In this document: piece by piece, positions 33,306 through 41,501 of the stretch
Position numbering within the stretch: position 1 is the first letter of the stretch
Layout of the letters: each line of letters opens with the position of its first letter
Assembly (NCBI GenBank): GCA_016191285.1
Contig: JACPPA010000033.1
Location: 137,736 to 201,735 of the forward strand
Reading direction: 5' to 3'
Length of the DNA stretch: 64,000 nucleotides
DNA from: Gammaproteobacteria bacterium
Lineage (GTDB): Bacteria; Pseudomonadota; Gammaproteobacteria; Ga0077536
Program-made: the position numbers and the translations under genes
The notes under the pieces: model-generated
Database searches by the model: none
The model's input: only the letters and a program-made list of their open reading frames with translations
Told to the model about the DNA's origin: nothing

Positions 33306-33713
33306 ATGACGACCAACGAAATCCTCGAGTCGCTAAAACGGACCCTCTCGGGCGCCGATCGCGACATCGTTTGCGCTTACCTGTATGGCAGTCGCGCTCG
33401 CGGTGAAGCGCGCTCGACGAGTGACGTGGATGTGGCGGTGTTATTCGACCAGCACCCGCCACCAACACTTGACGGGTTGCGCTTCGATCTGACGTCGAGA
33501 CTAGAGAATACCCTGCGAGTCCCAGTGGATTTGCTGGTGCTTAATGCCGCGCCGGCTGATTTGGTGCACCGAGTGTTGCGCGACGGTATCGTGATTGTTG
33601 AAAATGATCGGGCCGCGCGCGTCCGCTTCGAAGTCAGCGCACGTAATTCTTACTTCGATTTGCTGCCGATTCTTGGGCGCTATCGACGCGGCAATCTGGG
33701 ACAAGTGGCGTGA
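33306..33713 (+). CDS. Minimal nucleotidyltransferase (MntA-type antitoxin)
   Basis: YLYGSRARGEARSTSDVD = GSx10DxD; VDLLVLN. Confidence 0.9.
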   Translation: MTTNEILESLKRTLSGADRDIVCAYLYGSRARGEARSTSDVDVAVLFDQHPPPTLDGLRFDLTSRLENTLRVPVDLLVLNAAPADLVHRVLRDGIVIVENDRAARVRFEVSARNSYFDLLPILGRYRRGNLGQVA

Positions 33714-34123
33714 CCGATCCTGAACTCATTGCGAAGCAACTCGCCTTCATCGAAACGATGGTGGCCGATCTCCGACGCCTCGCGCGACCCGACTCAATCG
33801 AGACCGATCTGCGCGAGGAGCGCTTTGTCGCGCATACGCTGCAGATGGCGGCGCAGGCGGCGCTCGATGCTGCATCGCATATTGTGTCCGACGAGCGCCT
33901 GGGTGAACCGCAGACGTACCGCGAGTTATTCGCGTTGCTTCAGGCGGCGGGTTGGTTGCCAGCCGACTTGAGCGCGCGCATGCAAGCGATGGCCGGATTC
34001 CGCAATCTCGTTGTGCACGGTTACGCTAAGGTCGATCCGCGGATTCTTCAGGACATCGTGCTGCATCGCCTCGACGACTTGCTAGAGTACGTCGAAACAA
34101 TCAGACAACGTCTCGCGTCCTAG
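33710..34123 (+). CDS. HEPN/DUF86 RNase toxin (HepT-type)
   Basis: FRNLVVHGY = Rx4HxY; GTGA overlap with the MNT gene. Confidence 0.9.
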   Translation: MTDPELIAKQLAFIETMVADLRRLARPDSIETDLREERFVAHTLQMAAQAALDAASHIVSDERLGEPQTYRELFALLQAAGWLPADLSARMQAMAGFRNLVVHGYAKVDPRILQDIVLHRLDDLLEYVETIRQRLAS

Positions 34124-34124
34124 A

Positions 34125-37100
34125 TCAGGCGTGCAATGCGTCAAGCAGGGCCTTGGCGTCACGGAGATCTCGGGTATCCAGACCCTCGGTGAAGGCGCCG
34201 CGGACCGGCGTCAGTATGTCGCGCGCTTCGTTATTCTTACCTTGCGCCCGACGCAGTTTGGCTAGACTCATCGAGGATCGCAGTTTCCATAGCCCTGCGT
34301 TTTGTGCCTGCGCGACGTCGAGCGAACGCAGAAAATGGCCGGCAGCCTGATCGGCAACCGGCAATCCGTGTTGCGCGAGTAGGAATTCACCTTTCAATCG
34401 ATGGAGCTCAGCCTCGAACCAGCGTTCACCGACGGTTTCAATCTGCGCCATGGCTTCGCTCAAGTAACCGGCGACATTGTCCCAGTCGTGCAATTTGGCC
34501 GAGGCGATTGCCATCACCGACAAATGCAGGGGGCGATTAAAGCGATGGCCGGTGATCCTCGCGCCGACGAAGTACTGCTGCATCATGTCGATACCGTCGC
34601 GAACCTGGCCCCCTTCCACCAACGCCGCGCCATAGTCAGCCTTGATGTAATGGTTCCACATCGTGAACTCGTGCTGTTTCGCGAGATCGAGCCCGCGCCG
34701 CGCGGCTTCGCCGGCGAGTGCCGGTTCGCGCCGCAAGAAGTAAATCAATGACAGCCAAGAGAGCATAAGCGCTACCCCGTGAAAGTTCTTCAACGACTCC
34801 GCATGGCGAATGGCTTCGTGTACCAGCCTAAGCGCGCTGTCTGGCTTGCCCGACACTACGTTGGCCCAGCCCAACCAAGCCAGTGACACCGCCCTGAGAT
34901 CCGACCCATACGCCGCCGCTGATTCGCGATCACGAGACGGATCATAGCCATCCAGCGCCCGCTGCAGATGGTCGACTGCCGCATTGAGATCACCGCGCAT
35001 GACCAGTGACGCGCCCATTACCCGATGTGCTACCACCAGCAAGGCCGGCTTATTGATGTGCTGCGCGCGACGCAGGGCATCCTGCGCCGCATTCACCGAC
35101 CGCAATGCATCGCCGCCCACGAGGTGAAAGAGGTAGATGCCGTAAAGTGCAGAAATGCTTTCTTCGATCTCATCGCCAAGTTGGTTACACGACTCGTGCG
35201 CCAGATCGTAGGCCACCGCAGTCGCCGCGTTGGACATTCCCTTGGTCACGAGTAGAACCCCGGCGCGCTGCAATTGAACTTGCAGTGCAAGCCGTGTCCG
35301 CGCCTCGCCGCAAGATACGCTATCGAGCAATACGGACCCTGCGTCCAGTTGGGCCATCGCTTCCTGATACGCTGAACGACTTACCGCGCGTTTGGCGGCC
35401 TTTAACCAGTAAACGATTGCGGGCTCGGCGACTCCGCCGGCCGCGTAGTGATGTGCCAGCAATTCGGGCTCGGTTTCGGTGAACGCCGGAAATTTTTCCT
35501 CGATTACTCGTGCGATCTTCGCATGCAACTCAAGTCGGCGAGCTTTGAGTAGTGAATCGTAGGCGGCATCCTGCACCAGCGCGTGTTTGAAAGTGTATCT
35601 CGCGGCGGGCGGCGTGCCGTGCTGGAACGCGAGCCCTGACGCGGTGAGCTCGGCCAGCACATTGTCCAAGTCCGTGTGGCGGCGCGGGGCTATCGCTTGA
35701 ATGAGTTCGTAGCTGAACGTTCTGCCGAACACGGCGCCTATCTGCGCGATTTCTTTAACCGAGGTAGAACGATCGAGACTTGCCATTAACGAATCGCGGA
35801 GACTCGATGGGAGGCCCAAATTATTAATCGCTCCCACGAATTCGTAGCGATCACCCGTCGCTATGAGATCCGCTGACTGGAGTACCGCGCGAGTGAGTTC
35901 CTCCACGAACAGTGGCACACCATCGGCTTTGGTGAGGATTTGCTCGAAGAGGTTTACCGGCAGCGCCTTGCCGCCGGTCAATGCGTTGACCAAGTCACCG
36001 CTCCGCGGCTTGGTGAGTTCGGTCAATGCAATCGACGTAACGTGATCCTGATTGAGCCATCGAGATGCAAACTCTGGCCGGTGAGTAATCACGATCAATA
36101 AGGGCACGTTTTTGATGCGTTCAACCAATAGATCCAGCACTTCCAGACTGCTGGGATCCGTCCAGTGCGCATCTTCGAACAAAAATACGGTGGGCGTTCG
36201 CCGTGCCGCGGCTTCGGTGAGATCGGCTAACACCCGCAAGGTCTCGGTCTTGAAGCGTTGCGGCGACATGTCGAGCGATCCGTAGCGATCCGTTGGCAGC
36301 GATAGCATCGTGGCGATAAAACGCACGTCCGCGAGTGGGCGCCCTAACTGCTCGACTATCAGGGCTTCCAGTTTGTCGAGCTTGGATGCGAGCGACTCAT
36401 CCGCCGTGAATCTAAGCGCGCGCTCGAAGTTCGAAATGCTGGGATAGAAGGCGCTGTAAATGTGATACGGCGAACACTGAAACCGCAGTGCCTGTGCACC
36501 GTTCGTCGCGAGCTCTGAGTGGAGCGCACTCAAGAGTCGGCTCTTGCCAATGCCGGGCTCTCCGCTCAACATAACGACCTGACCTTTGCCAGATCGTGCG
36601 CACTGCCACCGCTCAAGTAACGCTGCTAATTCGTGTTCGCGCGCCACCATGGGGACCAGTCGACCTTGCGTCGCCGCTTCGAAGCGACTTTCCGCGCGGC
36701 CTACCCCTTTGACCCGATAGGCGCGGGGCGAATTGGCGAGTCCTTTCAGCTTTTGCTCACCCAAATCTTCGTAATCGAAGGTGCCGCCGGCCAGCCGTTG
36801 CACCGACTCACTGACCACGACGCTTCCCGGTTGTGCGATCGCCTGCAGGCGCGACGCGAGATTCATGGTGTCCCCCACGGCGCCCTTCTCGACACCGGCG
36901 ACTACCACTAGCCCGTTTGCAACTCCGATCCGAACGCGTAATCTCCCAACCTCCGCGACTTCGAGCTCGGCCAACGCCGAAATGATCGCAAGCCCCGCGT
37001 GAACCGCACGCTCCGCTTCGGACTCGTGGGCGAGCGGATAGCCGAAAAAAGCAACGATGCCATCGCCGAGACGTCGGTATACATAGCCCTCATAGCGAGT

Positions 37101-37343
37101 GATGCACACCGCACAGGCATCTTCGTATTTTTGAATAATTTCCTGTAGGACTTCTGGATCGATCCGGCTCGACAGTTCGGTGAACCCGACCATGTCGCAG
37201 AACAGGACCGTAAGCTGTCGACGCTCACCGTCGGGGGCAGCGCGCGCTTGAGTGGACGAGGCGGGCGCGTGATCCGCGGTTGACGGAGTCGCGAGGGCAA
37301 GCGCGGACTGATCTATTACTGCGCCGCACCTACTGCGCCGCAC
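34125..37343 (-). CDS. Class III adenylate/guanylate cyclase - STAND ATPase - TPR-like protein; separated from its N-terminal zinc-ribbon part by an in-frame stop
   Basis: ERRQLTVLFCDMVGFT, GDGIVAFFG, GDTMNLASRLQ; Walker A GEPGIGKS, Walker B FEDAHW, GVPLFVEEL; helical C-terminus. Confidence 0.88.
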   Translation of the reverse strand: MRRSRCGAVIDQSALALATPSTADHAPASSTQARAAPDGERRQLTVLFCDMVGFTELSSRIDPEVLQEIIQKYEDACAVCITRYEGYVYRRLGDGIVAFFGYPLAHESEAERAVHAGLAIISALAELEVAEVGRLRVRIGVANGLVVVAGVEKGAVGDTMNLASRLQAIAQPGSVVVSESVQRLAGGTFDYEDLGEQKLKGLANSPRAYRVKGVGRAESRFEAATQGRLVPMVAREHELAALLERWQCARSGKGQVVMLSGEPGIGKSRLLSALHSELATNGAQALRFQCSPYHIYSAFYPSISNFERALRFTADESLASKLDKLEALIVEQLGRPLADVRFIATMLSLPTDRYGSLDMSPQRFKTETLRVLADLTEAAARRTPTVFLFEDAHWTDPSSLEVLDLLVERIKNVPLLIVITHRPEFASRWLNQDHVTSIALTELTKPRSGDLVNALTGGKALPVNLFEQILTKADGVPLFVEELTRAVLQSADLIATGDRYEFVGAINNLGLPSSLRDSLMASLDRSTSVKEIAQIGAVFGRTFSYELIQAIAPRRHTDLDNVLAELTASGLAFQHGTPPAARYTFKHALVQDAAYDSLLKARRLELHAKIARVIEEKFPAFTETEPELLAHHYAAGGVAEPAIVYWLKAAKRAVSRSAYQEAMAQLDAGSVLLDSVSCGEARTRLALQVQLQRAGVLLVTKGMSNAATAVAYDLAHESCNQLGDEIEESISALYGIYLFHLVGGDALRSVNAAQDALRRAQHINKPALLVVAHRVMGASLVMRGDLNAAVDHLQRALDGYDPSRDRESAAAYGSDLRAVSLAWLGWANVVSGKPDSALRLVHEAIRHAESLKNFHGVALMLSWLSLIYFLRREPALAGEAARRGLDLAKQHEFTMWNHYIKADYGAALVEGGQVRDGIDMMQQYFVGARITGHRFNRPLHLSVMAIASAKLHDWDNVAGYLSEAMAQIETVGERWFEAELHRLKGEFLLAQHGLPVADQAAGHFLRSLDVAQAQNAGLWKLRSSMSLAKLRRAQGKNNEARDILTPVRGAFTEGLDTRDLRDAKALLDALHA

Positions 37344-37358
37344 CTACTGCGCCGCACC
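37317..37358. repeat. 14-bp tandem repeat x3 (TACTGCGCCGCACC) abutting a 24-bp perfect palindrome at 37357-37380
   Basis: Read directly; the palindrome is CCGGGGGCAAAATTTTGCCCCCGG. Confidence 0.92.
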
Positions 37359-37487
37359 GGGGGCAAAATTTTGCCCCCGGCCTAAGTTCCCCCGACAACT
37401 AGTGCATGTGGCGCCTAGCGCCGACCCACACTGGGAGCAGAATTTGTCATCCAACTTATTCTCGTGCCGGCAGGCTGGACATTCCAT
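37344..37487 (-). pseudogene. Double zinc ribbon N-terminal fragment of the cyclase gene
   Basis: MECPACRHEN...KFCSQCG...CTSC; the last CxxC pair (AKFCPRCG) is in a shifted frame. Confidence 0.8.
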
Positions 37488-37828
37488 CGGGCCATCCCTT
37501 TCATTGTGGCGCGCGATGGTGGGATCGTGACGGATCCTTGAGTAACACACCAGCGATCTAACCGACCGCTTAATTGGCGTTAGGGCTAGTCGATTACACT
37601 CGTCAACGCCAACGGCTTTCATCCATCCGAGGCGATCTTGTCAGCGGAAAGGTACCTTGATCGTTTTTCCGTCCTATATTCCTGCGGACTTGGCATCTTG
37701 ATATGCTGCGACCATGCGCAAAACACCTGTTCTGAACGTTCTCCGCCAACACCGGGGCGAGTTGCCGAAGGTCGGTGGGGCGCCTACCTATCTTTGCATG
37801 GATCGGTGATGAACTAAGGAGAATTTGC

Positions 37829-38614
37829 TTGAAACTAGACTCGACACTTGCCGCGGTGATTACCGGCGGCGCCTCCGGACTTGGTGAAGCCACCGCGCGA
37901 TTACTGGCCTCGCATGGGGTTAAGGTGGGCTTGTTCGATGTGAATGTGGAACGCGGCGAAGCGCTGGCCCATGAACTGGGCGGCGTATTTTGCAAGGTTG
38001 ATGTCACGTCTACGGCGGACGTCGACGCGGCGTTTGCGAAGTCCCGAGCGGTGATCGGGCAGGAGCGCATCCTCGTCAATTGTGCTGGAGTCGGCGGTGG
38101 CGCGGCGAAAACTGTCTCTCGGGATCGTCAGTCGGGTGAAATCAAGCAGTACCCCCTCGAAAACTTCGAGCGAATTATTCAGGTCAATCTCATCGGCACC
38201 TTTCGCTGCATCGCCAAAAGCGCGGCCGGCATGTTGACGCTGCCACCGCTCGCGGATGGCGATCGCGGCGCGATCGTCAACACCGCGTCCGTCGCTGCTG
38301 AAGATGGACAAATTGGCCAAGCGGCCTATACGGCCTCGAAGGCGGGGGTGGTCGGTATGACGTTGACCATCGCGCGCGATCTCTCCAACGACGCCATCCG
38401 CGTCAACACCATTCTGCCAGGTATTTTCGACACCCCACTGCTGGCACGCGCCGCGGATGCGGTCAAGGCGAGCCTCGCCCTCCAAGTGCCGTTCCCGAAA
38501 AGATTGGGCCGCCCGGAGGAGTTCGCCCAAGTCGCGCTGACGATGATCACCTGCGGCTATTTCAACGGTGAAGATGTGCGCCTGGATGGCGCGATTCGGA
38601 TGGCGCCGCGTTAG
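37829..38614 (+). CDS. SDR oxidoreductase, 3-hydroxyacyl-CoA dehydrogenase type II (HSD10-like)
   Basis: TGGASGLG, VNCAG, ASVAAEDGQIGQAAYTASK, RLDGAIRM; AAGGAG SD before TTG 37829. Confidence 0.92.
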   Translation: MKLDSTLAAVITGGASGLGEATARLLASHGVKVGLFDVNVERGEALAHELGGVFCKVDVTSTADVDAAFAKSRAVIGQERILVNCAGVGGGAAKTVSRDRQSGEIKQYPLENFERIIQVNLIGTFRCIAKSAAGMLTLPPLADGDRGAIVNTASVAAEDGQIGQAAYTASKAGVVGMTLTIARDLSNDAIRVNTILPGIFDTPLLARAADAVKASLALQVPFPKRLGRPEEFAQVALTMITCGYFNGEDVRLDGAIRMAPR

Positions 38615-38624
38615 CGCCAGCCCT

Positions 38625-38710
38625 CCGTTATTGCGAGCGCAGCGAAGCAATCCAGGCGAACAGAACATACGCCTGCTCTGATTGCCGCGCCGCGCGCCCC
38701 ACTATGACGG
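38625..38710. repeat. Degenerate intergenic palindromic repeat (GTYATTGCGAG..GAAGCAATC type)
   Basis: CCGTTATTGCGAGCGCAGCGAAGCAATC ... GATTGCCGCG...ATGACGG. Confidence 0.55.
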
Positions 38711-38784
38711 ATACCAGCAGCCCTTTTTCGACTAAATAGCCAAGCGGAAATACCGCCCACCCTACGCGGGCCGGGCTTTAACCG

Positions 38785-38857
38785 CGTCATTCCGGCGCAG
38801 GCCGGAATCCAGAACATTGAGTTATTCGACTGGGTCCCGGCGTGCGCCGGGACGACG
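38785..38857. repeat. CGTC-type REP doublet, copy 1
   Basis: CGTCATTCCGGCGCAGGCCGGAATCCAG...CTGGGTCCCGGCGTGCGCCGGGACGACG; related copy at 50861. Confidence 0.8.
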
Positions 38858-38919
38858 GCTGTGCCTTCCTGATGAGCCGACGCATCGCCGCGACCTGGTC
38901 GCTATTTATGCTCTTCTAT

Positions 38920-40401
38920 TTAGCGCAACGCCGCCGCGATTTCCCTGAAGCTGTTCAAACCCGCTTCGAGATTTTCGATAATTTCCAAAGCTAATTCGTC
39001 AGGCTCCGGCAGATTGTCCAGATCGGCAAGGCTTTTGTCCTTAAGCCAGAAAATATCCAAACTGGTTTTGTCTCGCGCGATCAGTTGTTCATAACTATAT
39101 TTTCGCCAGCGACCCTCGGGACTGTTCTGTTCGTGCCAAGTCTCTTGGCGTTTGTGTCGATTGAGCGGGTTGTAGCAGGCGACAAAGTCTTGCAAGTCTT
39201 CGAAACGCAGTGGTTTCTTCTTTAGGGTGTGGTGAATATTGGTGCGGTAGTCGTAATACCACACCTCTTTAGTCCACGGCTCCTTGCTCGCCTCGCGGTT
39301 ATCGAAGAACAGCACATTCGCTTTAACGCCATTGGCGTAAAAGATGCCGGTGGGCAGCCGCAGAATCGTATGCAGATCGGTGGTCTCCAGCAGCTTTTTG
39401 CGCACGGTCTCGCCAGCGCCGCCTTCGAACAGCACATTGTCCGGCACCACGACCGCCGCGCGGCCCGTGGCCTTCAGCATGGTGCGAATGTGCTGGACGA
39501 AATTGAGCTGCTTGTTGGAAGTGGTCGCCCAAAAATCCTGGCGGTTGTAAGTCAGATCATCTTTTTCCTGTTCGCCTTCCTCATTGGTAAAGCTCATCGA
39601 GCTTTTCTTGCCGAAGGGTGGGTTCGCGAGCACGTAGTCGTAGCGTTTACCGCTGTCGGCGACCAACGCGTCGTTCGGCGAGACCATGCTCTCGCCATCG
39701 ATCTCGCCGATGTTGTGCAGGAACATATTCATCAACGCCAGGCGGCGAGTTCCAGCGACAATCTCATTGCCGTGAAAGGTTTCGTGCTTCAAAAAGGCAC
39801 GTTGCGTTTTATCCATGGTCGGGTGCGCGGCCACCAGAAAATCGTAGGCCGCGAGAAAGAACCCGCCAGTGCCGCAAGCCGGATCCGCGATCGTCTTGCG
39901 CGGTTCGGGACGCATGCAGTCGACCATCGCGCGAATCAAGGCGCGCGGCGTGAAATATTGGCCAGCGCCGGACTTGGTGTCTTCTGCATTCTTCTCCAGC
40001 AATCCCTCGTAGATGTCGCCCTTGACATCTGCACCCAAGGTGACCCATTGCGTTTCGTCCACCATCGCAATCAGGCGATAGAGCTTGGCTGGGTCCTGAA
40101 TCTTGTTTTGCGCCTTGGTGAAGATTTGCCCGAGCATGCCCGGCTTGTTGCCGAGTTCGCGTAACACGCTCACATAGTGCACTTCGAGTTCGGCGCCGCG
40201 CTTGGTCTTCAAGCTAGGCCAGTTGTAGTCGACCGGAATACCGACCTTACGATTGTGTGGCGGCTGGCTGTATTCATCCGCCATTTTTAAGAAAATGAGA
40301 TAGGTGAGTTGCTCCAGATAATCGCCGTAGCTCACGCCGTCGTCGCGCAGCGTGGTGCAAAAGCTCCAAACTTTGGAGACGATGGAGGCGGTGGCGTTCA
40401 T
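38920..40401 (-). CDS. hsdM: Type I R-M methyltransferase subunit M
   Basis: GQYFTPR, DPACGTGGF, ANPPF, VPDNVLF, LPTGIFYA. Confidence 0.96.
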   Translation of the reverse strand: MNATASIVSKVWSFCTTLRDDGVSYGDYLEQLTYLIFLKMADEYSQPPHNRKVGIPVDYNWPSLKTKRGAELEVHYVSVLRELGNKPGMLGQIFTKAQNKIQDPAKLYRLIAMVDETQWVTLGADVKGDIYEGLLEKNAEDTKSGAGQYFTPRALIRAMVDCMRPEPRKTIADPACGTGGFFLAAYDFLVAAHPTMDKTQRAFLKHETFHGNEIVAGTRRLALMNMFLHNIGEIDGESMVSPNDALVADSGKRYDYVLANPPFGKKSSMSFTNEEGEQEKDDLTYNRQDFWATTSNKQLNFVQHIRTMLKATGRAAVVVPDNVLFEGGAGETVRKKLLETTDLHTILRLPTGIFYANGVKANVLFFDNREASKEPWTKEVWYYDYRTNIHHTLKKKPLRFEDLQDFVACYNPLNRHKRQETWHEQNSPEGRWRKYSYEQLIARDKTSLDIFWLKDKSLADLDNLPEPDELALEIIENLEAGLNSFREIAAALR

Positions 40402-40457
40402 GCGTTAGTCCTGAATCTACTGCTATTACCCTCTTTATTACCCTGACTCAAAGGTAA

Positions 40458-41501
40458 TTACCCCTTCTTCCGCCACCGCGCCGCAGGCCCACGACCCTGG
40501 CACGCGATGTCGTTGGCGCGTTGCCGTTCCCTCAGCACACGACGGACCATGTCTCGGCTCACCCCCGGGCAGGCCTGCTCCAATTGGGAAACGGTAAATT
40601 CGCCCGCAAACCGATTAATCGCCGTCAGCACCAAATCGGTCTTCGACCCGCGTGGCGCTTTCACGTCACCGACTCGTTCCGCAAACTCGGTGTAGGCCAT
40701 TTTCAGAATGGACAGGACGTAGTTGAGGTAAGGCCAAGGATCGTGCTTGCCCTCGTGCCAGCCTTGCGAACTTTGCTCCAACGTCTCGTAGTAGCGCGCC
40801 TTATTTTCTTCGATCAAACGTTCCAAACTGATGTAGCGCCCAACTTCATAACCGGCCTGGTAGCACTGAAGCAAAAGCGCCAACCGGGACACCCGCCCAT
40901 TGCCATCGCGGAACGGATGAATGCACAGAAAATCCAAATTGAACGCGGCAATCGCAATGAGCGGCGGCACCCAGCGCTCATCCACGCAACGTTGCCAATC
41001 GATCATCAAGTTCGCCATCGCGACCGGGGTCCCAGCCGCGGACACCGGGCGAAAGCGCACCCGCTCGGTACCGTCCGAATACCGCTCGATGATGTCGCCG
41101 TCTTTTTCCTTGTACTGCCCCGCGTCCCAGATTTGACCGCGTGCGAGCGCATGCAGCTCACGCATTGTTGCCTCGCTGACGAGAAGATGAGCGCCTTCGT
41201 GGACTCGGGATAACGCGTCACGATATCCCCGCACTTCTTCTTCGTCGCGATCTCGAAACAAGGGCTTTGGCGACGCCAGCACATGTCGTACCCGCTCCGG
41301 ATCAACTGACACGCCTTCAATCCGATTCGACGACACGGCGCTCTCGATCAATGCATGTTCGCGTAACGCCTTCAACCGCTGCGGCGATTGTTGCGTATAA
41401 AGCGCCTGCTTCCCGCGAAACTCACTCAAATCGGCGAGGTACCAAGAAGCGCTCGCCGGGATAGCGAGATTCTGTGCCGCGAAAAGGCGCAGTGTCGTCA
41501 T
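40458..41501 (-). CDS. Fic family protein with C-terminal HTH-like region
   Basis: SNRIEG, canonical HPFRDGNGRVSR. Confidence 0.92.
   Translation of the reverse strand: MTTLRLFAAQNLAIPASASWYLADLSEFRGKQALYTQQSPQRLKALREHALIESAVSSNRIEGVSVDPERVRHVLASPKPLFRDRDEEEVRGYRDALSRVHEGAHLLVSEATMRELHALARGQIWDAGQYKEKDGDIIERYSDGTERVRFRPVSAAGTPVAMANLMIDWQRCVDERWVPPLIAIAAFNLDFLCIHPFRDGNGRVSRLALLLQCYQAGYEVGRYISLERLIEENKARYYETLEQSSQGWHEGKHDPWPYLNYVLSILKMAYTEFAERVGDVKAPRGSKTDLVLTAINRFAGEFTVSQLEQACPGVSRDMVRRVLRERQRANDIACQGRGPAARWRKKG

Noticed and set aside
37317..37358. CRISPR array
   Set aside because: 14-bp head-to-tail repeats without spacers; no cas genes. No CRISPR array, tRNA or rRNA was recognised anywhere in the window.
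37690..37708. Sigma-54 promoter (TGGCAT...TGC); similar case near 50810
   Set aside because: GG-to-GC spacing is 11 nt rather than the required 10.
37901..38668. 255-aa minus-strand ORF
   Set aside because: Antisense shadow of the SDR gene.
39229..40164. 311-aa plus-strand ORF
   Set aside because: Antisense shadow of hsdM.
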